Of a DNA stretch of 64,000 nt, positions 36,721-49,249 are shown one piece after another. The stretch spans positions 93,188,001 through 93,252,000 of the forward strand of contig CM052817.1 in the NCBI GenBank assembly GCA_028534125.1, in the 5' to 3' direction. Source of the stretch: Lama glama (lineage: Eukaryota). The notes under the pieces are model-generated. The model was not told where the DNA came from and made no database searches. It saw only the letters and a list, made by a program, of their open reading frames with translations. A program made the position numbers and the translations under genes. Position 1 is the stretch's first letter, and each line of letters opens with the position of its first letter.

Positions 36721-37639
36721 CAAGGCATAATAAAAAAGACGCTCACCCCACTTTTCATGGGGTGAAACTAGACTTTGCAGTCTTAAGATATATTTTTATC
36801 ATTTGCTATCACTTTAGATATAATCTCTAAAATAACTCAAGAAATTCCAGTGTAATCTTGGAAATAATGCATCATTGTTGATTTGATATTTAAATTAGTT
36901 ATTTCATTATAGTGTACTGTTCTCTACTCAAATTGGATATTGTGGCAGCTTTTATTTTTAAAGAAGTTATCTTATAAAATAATTATTTCCTCTGTGACAC
37001 CATTAGCTTCTGGAGAGCTCCACTAAAAAGACTTGGGGTTTTGACTTAATTATTTCCCTGGAGAAGAACTTTGAGTTGAATTTTCTGAAAAATAGAGAAA
37101 AAATATTATGTCTGAGAAAATATTACAGACCAGAAGCTATAACAGTCCCAGGATATTTTTTGTGTTGTCTGATCTAAAAGATTATAGTGTTAGGGGCTTG
37201 TATTAAACATTACATTAGATCATGTCAGATCCTTTAGAAATTCATCAGATGGACACAGATATTACTTAAAGTTTTAGTAGAATTTAATTTCATAGGGCAG
37301 GTGAGGGAATACTAGATTAAGCTGATTATACAGCAAGTGAGGGGCAAAAGTAGGAAAATGAGATTCTTCTAAGAATTGCCCACTACCCAATTCTTCTCTA
37401 CTCGTGGGCATCTTGTATTCATGGGCACAAGCACATCAATGGATGAAGGCAGAGACAGAGGTTCTTATGTGTATAAATGCAAATCCAGGGCGTCTAGCTA
37501 ACTCACAGTGCCAGAATCAGTGTCCTGTTTCAACAAGACTAACTCCTCCAGAGTCAGAGTGGATCATTTCTGCTACATATAAACAATATGATGCATCAAC
37601 CATCTTCTAAACAGATCTCTATCTAGCTCATTAACTAGA

Positions 37640-37860
37640 ATCAATGTGGTTAGAAACTTGGGATTTGGAGCCAGATACCAAATCTGCTTACTAACCATAT
37701 GCTGTGACTTAGACCACAGTGTTTTTCTTTTATGCCTTGTTTTATAATCTATGAAGTGAGAGTGACATCACCTACTGCACAGGGCTATAGGAATATCCAG
37801 ATGAGGACCCAGTATGTAGGTATAGTACCTGCACACTGTGTCTGAAACATGGTGGTTAGG
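37640..37860 (+). mobile_element. MIR SINE
   Basis: 'gtggttagaaacttgggatttggagccaga...tgtgacttag...atctatgaagtgagagtgacatcacctac'. Confidence 0.7.
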
Positions 37861-38443
37861 CACAAAATAAGAGGTACAAATTCTGGCCTGTCCCTTATTG
37901 TTTGGGAGAACCATAGCCTTTGACAGAGAGATGGCCAAAGAAGCATAAATAAAAAAGTAAAATACGTTTCAACTCAACTCACTTTAGAACAATTAATTAG
38001 GGTTTCCCATATGAGTAGTTTGATTGAAAAATCATGGTTCGAAATTCAAAACATTTCCTCTCATCATTTGTGATTTGAAGCCTGTTTCTTTCCACTGCAT
38101 ATTTTATTTTTAACACCATGGCATGTTTCTCCTGATTAATAATCACATGGGCCTCCACTGAACCTTATTTCAGTAAGAAAGGGAAAGCCTGCTTCTTTAT
38201 TATTCCTCCACCCTGTGATTATGACAGGACCCCTTAAATTCTATATTTCAGGTCAGGCCAAATGGGTGAAAACCCATCAGTCATTTTCTGGGAATGTAGT
38301 AACACATAAATAGGTAGATGTAAACTTCATTTCATTTACACGGGAGGTGGTAATGATGGACACTGCTGCTTGCTCATCTCTCTGTCTCCAACATACTGAC
38401 AATACGATTATGTGCTTGATGTCATTGGTACTCAGGAACAATA

Positions 38444-38943
38444 NNNNNNNNNNNNNNNNNNNNNNNNNNNNNNNNNNNNNNNNNNNNNNNNNNNNNNNNN
38501 NNNNNNNNNNNNNNNNNNNNNNNNNNNNNNNNNNNNNNNNNNNNNNNNNNNNNNNNNNNNNNNNNNNNNNNNNNNNNNNNNNNNNNNNNNNNNNNNNNNN
38601 NNNNNNNNNNNNNNNNNNNNNNNNNNNNNNNNNNNNNNNNNNNNNNNNNNNNNNNNNNNNNNNNNNNNNNNNNNNNNNNNNNNNNNNNNNNNNNNNNNNN
38701 NNNNNNNNNNNNNNNNNNNNNNNNNNNNNNNNNNNNNNNNNNNNNNNNNNNNNNNNNNNNNNNNNNNNNNNNNNNNNNNNNNNNNNNNNNNNNNNNNNNN
38801 NNNNNNNNNNNNNNNNNNNNNNNNNNNNNNNNNNNNNNNNNNNNNNNNNNNNNNNNNNNNNNNNNNNNNNNNNNNNNNNNNNNNNNNNNNNNNNNNNNNN
38901 NNNNNNNNNNNNNNNNNNNNNNNNNNNNNNNNNNNNNNNNNNN
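38444..38943. other. Assembly gap (500 N)
   Basis: Run of exactly 500 N. Confidence 1.
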
Positions 38944-38999
38944 CCAGACTTACCCCTGACATAGTCCTGCTGAACCCTTGCCATGCCTAATGATGCATG

Positions 39000-39365
39000 G
39001 TGCCCTTGAAGCACCACGTCGGCATTGCCAAGGGACTGTTCACGTGGCTTCCTCAACCCTTCTCTTCTTAACAAGCATACATTAAGCACTGAAGACTCAA
39101 CTCGTGCGGCTCTCTCTGTGAAGGCTTTCTGACCCCAGTCTGGGTAAAACTGATCCGTAATTCCTTTGGCTCTCCTCTGTACTCCATAATTACCTAGATC
39201 AGAGTTGCCACAACACACAACTGCATTTGTTTCTTCATGTGGCTCTTTTCTTCCTGTTGATTGGAATCTTCTCATGGGCCAAGAACCTAATACAGCTTTG
39301 TCTGTGCCTGACACAAAAATGTATTTTTGAGTAATAGCCAATTGCATGAATAAATGGAATGAGAA
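39000..39365 (+). mobile_element. L2 LINE 3' end
   Basis: 'ctctgtgaaggctttctgacccc...gtgcctgacacaaaa...tgcatgaataaatggaatg'. Confidence 0.75.
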
Positions 39366-40449
39366 AGGAAGGAAACAAGGTATGAAAGAAGAAATGCAAA
39401 AGGTCTCATAAGTTTAATAAAATGGTAGACAAGTAATTTTTGTTCACCTAGGTTTACTTCAGTTATGGGGACAAAGAAGTTTCTCCTTTCAGGCCAATGT
39501 TCAAAAGATGACTGATTACAAAAAGATTCATAAAACACAACATTAATTTTTTTCATCACTGAAGTGTTTATAGAGAATCTGCCACCCAGGGGCCTGAGCA
39601 TCCTGTGAAGGCAAGTGACTAAAGAAAAGTAAAACCACACATAGGTGTTTACCTTTGTCAAAACAAAAATTAAACTGTACACTTAAAAAAAAAAAAAAAG
39701 AAAAGTAAAACCCAAATCCTGGCATTCATATTTTTTAACAGCAAAAGCTTTCAAACTGAAGATAGTTCTCAGGCATTTGAGTTGAAAAGTCTAAAATCCT
39801 GGTGGACACATACACTAAACATCGGCAGGATGTTAGAAAACCTTTTGCTTTCCTCAAGGCCACAGTGAGTCCCTGGAGTGTTATCTTAGTGTGGTCTACC
39901 TCTTTCCCTTGCTTATTTTTTCGCTCTGAAGTTGCATTTCAGAAATCAGTGCTTTTCCAGGATACTAAATTGTGGGCTTGGCAATCACGGTTCCCAAGGC
40001 CATCCGAGCTCTGCATTCTAGCATCAGTCACGTGAGAAGTTTATTGGCATTAAGACCCTTTCTCATAATGAGACACTCAAGAGAAAAATACTTCTTAATG
40101 AATTTGAGCCAGAGCTGGTAGTTAGTTTTGAAGCAGACAAACAATTTTAGAGCCTCATTATATATAATTATCAATTTTGAAGCTATGGTATCAAGCCTTA
40201 CCATTGGGCATATACCAACACATGGGCTTGCTAGCTGCTGAGACTTAGAGGTTTTGATATCCAGACATCACCAGCTTTTATTAGATAGTCCTCAAGATCA
40301 GACTTGTTATTTAGCAATTTGTGAAGCTGTCAAACTCTGGTTTTCTGAAGTAAAATTAGAATAAATATTTTATGTGTACAGACTGTCTCCTTCTTCATTC
40401 ACCACTCCCTTCTATATCACTAAACAAGAAAAGAGGGATGAAAAGTATA

Positions 40450-41345
40450 TTTATTCAACTTAAATATATCCTCATTAAATAATTATTAAGTGTCAGAAAG
40501 TGTGGTGAACTTAAAATGATAGAAAGATGAATATTACCCAGTTTCTGCCCTCCAGGGCATGCAAATAGTGTCTGAGGAAGGGAAAGATAACAGTGAAACA
40601 CACAGCTAAAGCAAGAGGGAAAATGATAACTTTAGAGTTGTAACTATTTTTATAGGGGATCAAAGAAACAGAAATTCTCATCAACACAGAGAAGAAGGAG
40701 AGAAGATGGATAGTCCATGGAAAATGTAAGATGAATGTTGAGAGGAAAGAAAGATTTGAAACGTCAAAGGAGACTTTGAAAAATAAGAGAATGAGCACGG
40801 AGGCTGGAAAGTATGAGGCAGAATTCATAGCACCTCACTCAGGATGAACCATGGGAGTGTGAGGACTGAAGGAAGGGAAGACTGGAAAGGTGGGCTTCAT
40901 CACACTGGAGAGGATGCCAAGTTCAAAGCAGAGGAAGGTGCATTTATGTCACTATCCGAAAGGGATTTTTTGATCGTTTTTGAAATAGCTAATAACATGT
41001 AATAGCATGATCAGAGTTGCATTTAGAAAGATTAATCTAAAATTGGGATCACTGGACAGTAGAAGGCAATTGTAAGACAAGAAACAACCTAATGAAAGTC
41101 TGAACTTGACATTTGAAAGTAAAATTGGGAAGGAGGTAATTCCTCTACACAGCAGTCGAGGAATCTAACATCTGCCAAATTATTGGATGTCAATATTGAG
41201 GATAAGAAAGGAATCAAAGATCATTTCAAGATCTAATTTCATACATAATGATGGTAACATTAACAGAAGACAAGGGAAAGTTGAGTGAAGAATAGGATAC
41301 ATGTGACATTAGATTGGGTTTTGAATGTGTTGATTTTGATGTAAA
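40450..41345 (-). mobile_element. L2 LINE fragment
   Basis: 'gaaagatgaata...tctgccctccaggg...atgatcagagttgcatttagaaagattaatct...aggaatcaaagatcatttcaag'. Confidence 0.75.
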
Positions 41346-41392
41346 GTAAGGTCTTTCTAAAAGAGAGTGACTCATTTAAGTGAGTCTCTCTA

Positions 41393-43355
41393 AATCAGAC
41401 AAAAAATAAGTAAATAAAAAGAATCCAATTTGGAAAGGAAGAAGTAAAATTGTCACTGATTGCAGATGACTTGATACACTATATAGAAAACCCTATAGAC
41501 TCCACCAAAATAGTATTAGAACTCATCAATGAATTCAGGAAAGTTACAGGATATAAAGTTAATATACAGAAATCTATTATGTTTCTATACAAAAATAATG
41601 ATGTTATTAGAAAGATAAGTTAGGAAAACAATCTCTTTTGTAAGTGTATCAAAAGAGAAAAATACCTGGGAATAAATCTAACCAAGGAAGTAAAAGACTT
41701 GTACTCTAAAAACTATAAGACACTGATGGAAGAAATTGAAGATGACACAAACATATGGTGCTCATGAATTGAAGAATCAATGCTGTTAAAATGAACATAC
41801 TGCCCAATGCAATGTACAGATGTAATGCAATCCCCACCAAAATACTAATGACACTTTTCATAGAACTAGAACAAATAATTCTAAAATTTGTATGGAAACA
41901 CAAAAGGCTTGAAATAGCCAAAGCAATCTTGAGAAGGAAAATGGTTGCTGCAAGTTTGATGCTCCCTGATTTCAAATTATACTACAAGATACAATAATTA
42001 AATTAGTATGCTACTGGCACAAACACAGGCACACAGATCAATGGAACCAATAGAGAGCCCCCAAATAAACCCATGCTTATATGATCAATTAATCAATGAC
42101 AAAGGAGTCAAGAATATACAATAGAGAAAAGACCATTACTTCAATAAAGGTGTTGGGAACACTGGGCAGCTACAGGCAAAAGAATCAGACTGGACTACTT
42201 TCTCACACCATATACAAAAATAAAATTAAAATGGAATAAAGACTTAAATAAAAGACTCAGGAACCATAAAACTCCTAAAAGAAAACAAGAGCAATACTCT
42301 CTTTGACATCAGTGTTAGCAGTATTTTTTTGAATATTTCTCCTCAGACAAGGGAAACAAAGCAAAAACAAACAAATGGGACTACATCAAACTAAAAAGTT
42401 TTTAAACAGTGAAGGAAACTGTCAACAAAATGAAAAAACAGCCCACTGAATAGGAGAAGATATTTGCAAGTGATACATCTCATAAACGGTTAATATCTAA
42501 ATTATGTAAAGATCTCATACAACTCAACATCAAAAAAAAAAAAAGCACTAACTATAAAATGGGCAGAGGACCTGAAAAGACATTTTTCCAAAGACATACA
42601 GATGGCCAGCAGACACATGAAAAGATGTTCAACATCATTAATCATCAGGGAAACGCAAATCAGAACTACAATGGGAGGTCACCTCGTGCCTGTCAGAATG
42701 GCTATTATGTTTTATTATTAACAAATAACAAGTGTTGATGAAGATTTGGAGAAAGGGGAAACCTTGTGCACTACTGGTGGGAATGTAAATTAGTGCAACT
42801 ACTATAGAAAACTATGGAGTTTCCTCAAAAAGTTTAAAATAGAACTACTATATGATCCAGGAATTTCACTTCTGAGTGTTTACATGTGTATATAGTGGAA
42901 TATTACTCAGCCATTAAAAAGAATAAACTCTTGCCATTTGTGACAACATGGGTGAATCTAGAGGGTATTATTCTAAGTGAAAGAAGTCAAAGACAAATAC
43001 CATATGATCTCACTTATATATGGAATCTAAAAAACAACACAAACAAAACGAAACAACAGACTTGTAGATACAGAGGACAAATGGTAGTTGCCAGAGATAA
43101 GAGGGTGCAGGGAGTGGATGAAATAAGTGAAGGGGATTAAGAGGTAGAAGCCTCCAGTTACAAAATAAATAAATCATGGGAATGTAATATGCAGCAAGAG
43201 GAATTTGTTAAATAATATAGAAATAACTTTGTATGGGGAAAGACTGTTACTGGATCTATTATGCTGATCATTTCATAGTATATGTAAACGTCAAGTCAGG
43301 TGTACTACACCTGAAACTAACACAATATTATATTTCAACTATATTTCACTTAAAA
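41393..43355 (+). mobile_element. 5'-truncated L1 (L1MA9-like): decayed ORF2 RT and C-terminal region plus 3' UTR
   Basis: Near 41430 translates [21 protein letters not shown]...[19 protein letters not shown] (RT F/YADD motif); ORF 41791-41997 '[15 protein letters not shown]...LPDFKLYYK' is L1 ORF2; frameshifts and stops throughout. Confidence 0.96.
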
Positions 43356-43369
43356 TATTAATTAAATTA

Positions 43370-43915
43370 AAAGTAAAGTACAGCTTAAAATTTCTGGGAT
43401 ATTGTAAAAGCAGTACTCACAGGAAATTTCACAACATTAAATGACATATTAAAAAAAAACTTTCAAAATCAGTATACCAAGTTTCATCTTTAGAGATCTA
43501 GTGAAGAAAGAATAATTTAAATAAACAGAAGAAAATAAATAATAAAAATTAGAGGAAAAATAAATGAAATCGAAAATAAGAAATATTAGATAAAAACCAA
43601 CCAACAAAAAGTAATTCTTTGAAAAGATCAATAAAATCAAACTTTAGCAAAGGTAACCAGGAAAAATAGAGCAGACACGAATTACCAATGTCAGAATGAG
43701 AGAAGAGGGTCATTGGTGTTGAACCCATGGACATTAAATTGTAATCAAAAAATATTATGACCAAATGCACACTTACAAATTTGATAACTAATATAAGATG
43801 TCAATAATAGGGGGAAATGGGTGTAAGGTGTACAGGAACTCTTTGCATTAGTTACAACAAAAACCTCTACAGTTCTTCTGTAAGTATAAAACTGTTCCAA
43901 ATATAGTTTATTTTA
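43370..43915 (+). mobile_element. Old L1: ORF2 post-endonuclease fragment joined to an L1MC-like 3' end
   Basis: 'aatttctgggatattgtaaaagcagtactcacaggaaattt' corresponds to NLWDAAKAVLRGKF; 'gatgtcaataatagggggaaatgggtg...ggaactct' is an L1MC-type 3' UTR. Confidence 0.8.
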
Positions 43916-44149
43916 AGAAGAAAATTAACTTTGGGATAGTATCTATCTGCTTAGATACAGAAGAGAATTCAGTCACAATCTCAGGTCCATAGAACAGCCC
44001 CACTATTTAAGAAATGGATGTTTGAACAACTAAAAGAGAGAAATGAGTAGCCAATGAATCAAATGGAAAATAATATTGCTGTGTTATAAGTTCAGAGAAG
44101 AGGGATTCTGTCTGCTCATGTGAGAAAAAAAGTTATGTAAGCCAGCATC

Positions 44150-44305
44150 TGAATTGTTTGACCTTATCAAGTTCTTAATTTCCCTGTGCTCAAGTGTCCT
44201 CATCTGCAAAATGGGAATAAATAATAGCACTGCTCCTATATGAGTGTTGGGAGGACTAATGGGTTAATATTTGAGGAGTACTTAGAACGTTGTCTGGCAG
44301 AGACA
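44150..44305 (+). mobile_element. MIR SINE
   Basis: 'tgacctt...caagttcttaatttccctgtgctcaagtgtcctcatctgcaaaatgggaataaataatag'. Confidence 0.88.
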
Positions 44306-46468
44306 ATTCATCATCTTCATCATCATCATCATTAAATTAATTGTGAAATGCAAATGTGAATGTGAGAGTTGCATGTGGAATCTTCCCTGGTGTTTTTACG
44401 TGAGATGCTTTCCCTAGCCCCTAGGGAACAGCTTTGATAGCCAAGAATTGGGTATAAGTCCGTGAGGCATGAGCAAAAGTGCGAATGTTGTGAGCTCCTG
44501 GGTTCCTCTGTGCAGTCACTCTCATGTGTTTCTTCCGCTTTTGCTTTGGGATCTGTCATTTGTAAGAGGAAGAAGAAAACCAAGTGCAAGACAAATAAGC
44601 TTCAGGTTGGGTGAAAGTATCAGGGGATGAAAGTATCCTTCTGACAGTAATACAATGCGACGTAAAGTTTTGCTTGAATTTTCTCTCTCTGCTCTTAGAT
44701 GGGGCAAAGCTTAAAAGGACATCTTTCATCCAGGGCATGATAGCTTTTCTCCAAAGTTGAGCTATTTGCTTGACATCTCTTTCCAGTTGTCACTTTCCTT
44801 TGTGTCAGCTTGGCACAAGCTGACAGAATCACTTAAACCACCCAGTACAAACATTCAAACAGTGAATTAGGTAGCTTTAAGTTGTCTTCCAATTCTCAGA
44901 TTTTACAATTTCCACAAATGAAGGTAAGGCTGAGAAAAAGTCTATTTAAGTTTTATGTCCTTGTGTTATTAACTGGGGTCATTTTTCAGACAATGATAAT
45001 TAGTATCACAATTAGGAAAATAAATCTTTATATCCACTAACGATGGGGTCTAGTATTCTGAGGGATCACTTGGCATTTTCTTTTTGTTTTAATGCCTTTT
45101 CTAAATGTGAGCAATATCTGATGCTTGGAGGAGAAAGGCTTTTGCAGGGAAGTTGGTCATTTTGAAGGTTTAAACCCAAAGTACAAATATGTGTGCATAT
45201 ATATGTATGCATGTGTGTGTGTATATATATATATTTCACAGATATATTAGATTTAAGAGGAACAACAGCAGTAATACATCTATTAATAGTCATTAACTCT
45301 CTTAAGATGAGAATGATGATTAGTTGCTGTTCTTCAAAGAGTCCAGAGCAAGAGGAAATAATTATTAACCAACCATTGAAGATTTCAATTTAGTACCTGA
45401 AAAAAAAATTCTGGAAGAGTAATGACATTGAAGTGAGGGCCAATGTATAGATAATTTTCTGTAGAGATAATCTGAAATTAGAAAATGAGAATGGGTGTCT
45501 TGCTGATTGGATGTTTTCTGCATGGTCAGATGAGAATTTAGAGGATGAGCTGATTGTTCCATCCACAGTTTAAGATTTATTCAAATACCTGTCAACATCC
45601 AAATTGAAACAGCTGTTATAAATATTTTACAAATTGAAGCATGTATAAATAAGATAAACATAGTTTAGGTTAACACAATATCACATGCAAATATGTCATC
45701 ATTTTTGAAGGTTTCTCGTTATTTCCAACTGTCACCATATCGGTATGGAAAATACAGATGTATTATTTCAAAGCTTGTGGTTTGGTCCTATGTGTTTTTT
45801 TAAAAAATTATTAATTAATGAGCTAATCCTATAAACATTTCTTGATCCACTCTATATGTTGGGTACTTGATACTGGAAATACAGCACTGAAGAAACCATT
45901 CAACAGACTTGCCTTTAGGGAGCATACAGTTTAGTGAAAGAATAAGACTAATGAACAAACAAAAAGTAAAACACATAGTATGTTAGAGGCTGATAAATGT
46001 TGTGGATAAAAAGAAGGCTTGGAAGGGGAGTAAAAGCTTGTGTGTGCTGTGGGGTGGTGTTAGTACAGTGTTAAGAAGCGGGTGAAGAAAGGTCTTCCTA
46101 AGACCAAGGGAAAACCCCAGAAGCTGAGCACGGAAGTCACAGATAAATGGGGGAAGAGGGTTCCAGGCAAAGTGCAAATCCCCAGAGGTGAAGGTTTTGG
46201 AAAGGAGAGTGACACGATCTGACTTATTTTTAAAGGATTGCCTCAAGTACTATCTGAGAATAAACAGAAAGGTGGCTGAGGGGGTGGCATGGGAAGGCAA
46301 AGACAGATGCAGAGAGAACAGCCAGGAGTTATTTCAATAATTACAAATACGGTCTGAGATTGGGTTAGAATGAGAGTAACACGTGTGGTGAGATGTGGTC
46401 AGAATATATCCTGAAGTAGAACTGCTCATGGATGGGATGTAGGGGATGACAGGAAGGGAAATTGAGCA

Positions 46469-47309
46469 CAGTCATCTCCCCTTATCTGTGGGGGATAGGT
46501 TCCAAGACCTTCAGTGGATGCCTGAAACGGTGGAGAGTACCGGACCCAATGTCTGCGATGGTTTTTCCTATACATACGTACCTATGATAAAGTTTAATCT
46601 GTAAATTGGACACAGTAAGAGATAAACAACAACAAATAACAAAATAGGACAATTGTAACAGTATACTTTAATAGAAGTGGTGTGAATGTGGGCTCTCTCT
46701 CTCTCAGAATATCTTACTGTACAAACTGAACGCCTTTTCCATTTTAACTAAACACTTATCACACACTGTGGCTGTAACATTTGCAGTTTGAGGTGTGACA
46801 GTAAAACGAGCACACATTTTCTTTTCCTTCTTCACAATTTCACGGACAGAAGATTTCTTCTTACCATAAATCTTAGCAACCTCAGCATACAATTTTTTTT
46901 CTTTCCTTGTTAACTTGAGAACTTGCATTTTTTTCACTTAAAGGAAGCACACAGCTTCTCTTCGGCATACCTGAATTGCCAGCAACACTTGCACTTTGGT
47001 GCCACTATTAGGTAAATTAAGAGTTATTTGAACACAAGGACTATAATAATGATATTTTGACAGCTGATCTTATACCCAAGATGGCTCCTAAGTGACTAAT
47101 ATGCTGGAAAAGGGATGATTCACGTCCCAGGTGGGTCCCAGGTGGGTCGGAGCAGGAGGAGGGAGATTTCATCATGCTACTCAGAATGGTGCATGTTTAC
47201 TTATGAATTGTTTATTTACTGTGGAATTCTTCATGTACTATTTTCAGACTGTGGTTGACCATAGTAACTAATTCTGCAGAAAGTGAAACCACAGATAAGG
47301 GAACCACTG
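46469..47309 (-). mobile_element. MER44/Tigger7-derived TcMar-Tigger DNA transposon (internally deleted)
   Basis: Terminal inverted repeats cagtcatctccccttatctgtgg / ccacagataagggaaccactg followed by TA; MER44-like body. Confidence 0.92.
46704..46937 (-). pseudogene. Remnant of Tigger7 transposase N-terminal CENP-B-like HTH domain
   Basis: ORF 'RKEKKLYAEVAKIYGK..SSVREIVKKEK...PQTANVTATVCDKCLVKMEKA' inside MER44; no DDD catalytic domain. Confidence 0.8.
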
Positions 47310-49249
47310 TAACTGGAGGGGTGACATTGCCGATAGCTAAGTTGGGAAAGATTATAAAGTCAATGCATTTAGAAGGAAGATCTCAAGTGCAGTTTTGGAC
47401 ATTTTAAATTGAAGATGCCTCTACGTGGATGAAAGAAGTTCAGGGGGAGGAACAGAATTGTTGGCCCACGGATGACATTTGAAACTGTGATATCCATTGA
47501 GACTTAGACGAAATTACCTAGACTATGAGTAGGAAACAGTCGATTTCCTTGGGCATCAATGCATTAAGAGACCAGAGAGATGAGGAAGAAGTGTGAGCCA
47601 GTGAGGAAAGGTGTGCTGAAAGCGAAGAAAGCATACAGAAGAGGAGCAAGTCATTATCTGAAGCAATGCTGCTGGCTGGTCAAGTTCCACAACGATGACA
47701 AATTAATCCTTGGATTTAGCACACTGTCGGAAATTGGTGGCTTTGCTAAAAACAGCTTTGGTAGAATATTAAAGATGAAAGACTGATTAGAAAAGATTTT
47801 TAAAAGAGATTATATATTTGAAACTCAATGACTGGTTACTACTTATTAACTAAAAATCAGATTAAAAAGTGTCAGAAGGTAGGCTACAAAATATTGCAAG
47901 TGGGAAATTTTTTTAAAAAGTCACTGTAAGTGATGCATATTAATTAATAGCCATCTACCAGCTAGAAATATGCTGAGAAAAGAGTTGGCGTAGATGTGAA
48001 ACTGCTGACTGGGAAAATAAGACAAGACTGTAACTACTAGAATTCACACTATTGCAATATATTGGTCAAAGTGTTCTGTTTATAGTCTATGGAATGAAGT
48101 AGGGTCTAATACCAGCATGGGACACGGAAGAAAATTAATCTAAGGTTGGATTGAAGCAGAATTTTTTAAATTTTATGTATTTATTTTAATTTTTTTTATT
48201 GAAGCAGAGATGAAGCAGCATTTTAAAATTTTCCCAGATCGAATTGAGTTTGAAAGTTGAGATCACAGCCAGCAAAGAGTTAACTGGCATACTTATGTAC
48301 TTCTGCAAAACACTGAGAAAACCAGCTTTGCATTTAGGACATTTTTATGTCCCATAAAAATATTTATGATCAATATAGAAAGTTATGTACTACTTAAATA
48401 TGGCAAAATCAAAATTAGCAATGTTCAAGAGACAAAATCGAATCAATAAACATTAATTGAGTAACTGCTATTATGAAAGGCATTGTGATGTCTTGTGGAA
48501 TACAAATATTATATAGCATGTCACAGATTTTGCCTTGAATGATCTTAAAGTTTATTTGTAAAGAAAACAAAAGGCTAAATGCTAAATAACTATTTGTGAC
48601 TTAAAAATTGGTTAAAGAGAAAAATCTAATAGCTGTTGTAAACTGGCATACGGTTAATAATACAATCGAGGAGGCTTTTAATATTATAGGATGCTTTGAA
48701 AAGGAAGTGATTGACTCAGTTTAGTAGGCTTTTTTAAACAGGTCAAATTTTGAACAGTTATTAGACACAGGCACCCTCCTGATACTCAACGTCGAATAGC
48801 AGAAGCATGAACAAAAAATTTTAACATAACTGCTAGCCAATCACGTAAAGGTATATGATTAGAGCTATTTAGCAAATAACTTTATGGAAAGGATTAAGGA
48901 GAGGTTTCACAGACCCAGAGCTTTGAACTGAGTTCTGAAAAACAGATAACATCTAGAAAGCTAAATCAGAGAACAGAGACAAAAACAGCCCCAAGTCCTC
49001 TCACAAGACTCTACACAGAAGCAGTTATTTGTAGAGAATAATTCCTCATTGGAAGGACATGATAAAATAAATGTAGAAATTGTTTTATGATGGTGTTGTC
49101 AGTAATAGACCAAAGAGAGAAGGGACAGAACATCAGAATAACAGTTAGAAAGTGTTTATCTTTAATTAAATACTGCATAAATTCCAAATATATTGGTGAA
49201 CGTTATGTTTGGCCATTTCAATTAAAATGTCTACGTATTTACAAAAATT

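Larger units (their letters stand above)
45830..47810 (-). mobile_element. L2 LINE, interrupted by Tigger7/MER44
   Basis: 'gacacgatctgacttatttttaaaggatt...gtggtgagatgtggtcaga...gttttggacattttaaattgaagatgcct...cttggatttagca'. Confidence 0.85.

Noticed and set aside
38277..39347. Long ORFs of 176-356 aa spanning the first gap
   Set aside because: Length comes from translating N as X
41393..43355. Active L1 or functional reverse transcriptase
   Set aside because: 5'-truncated, no ORF1 or endonuclease, multiple stops, frameshifts and an internal deletion near 42885
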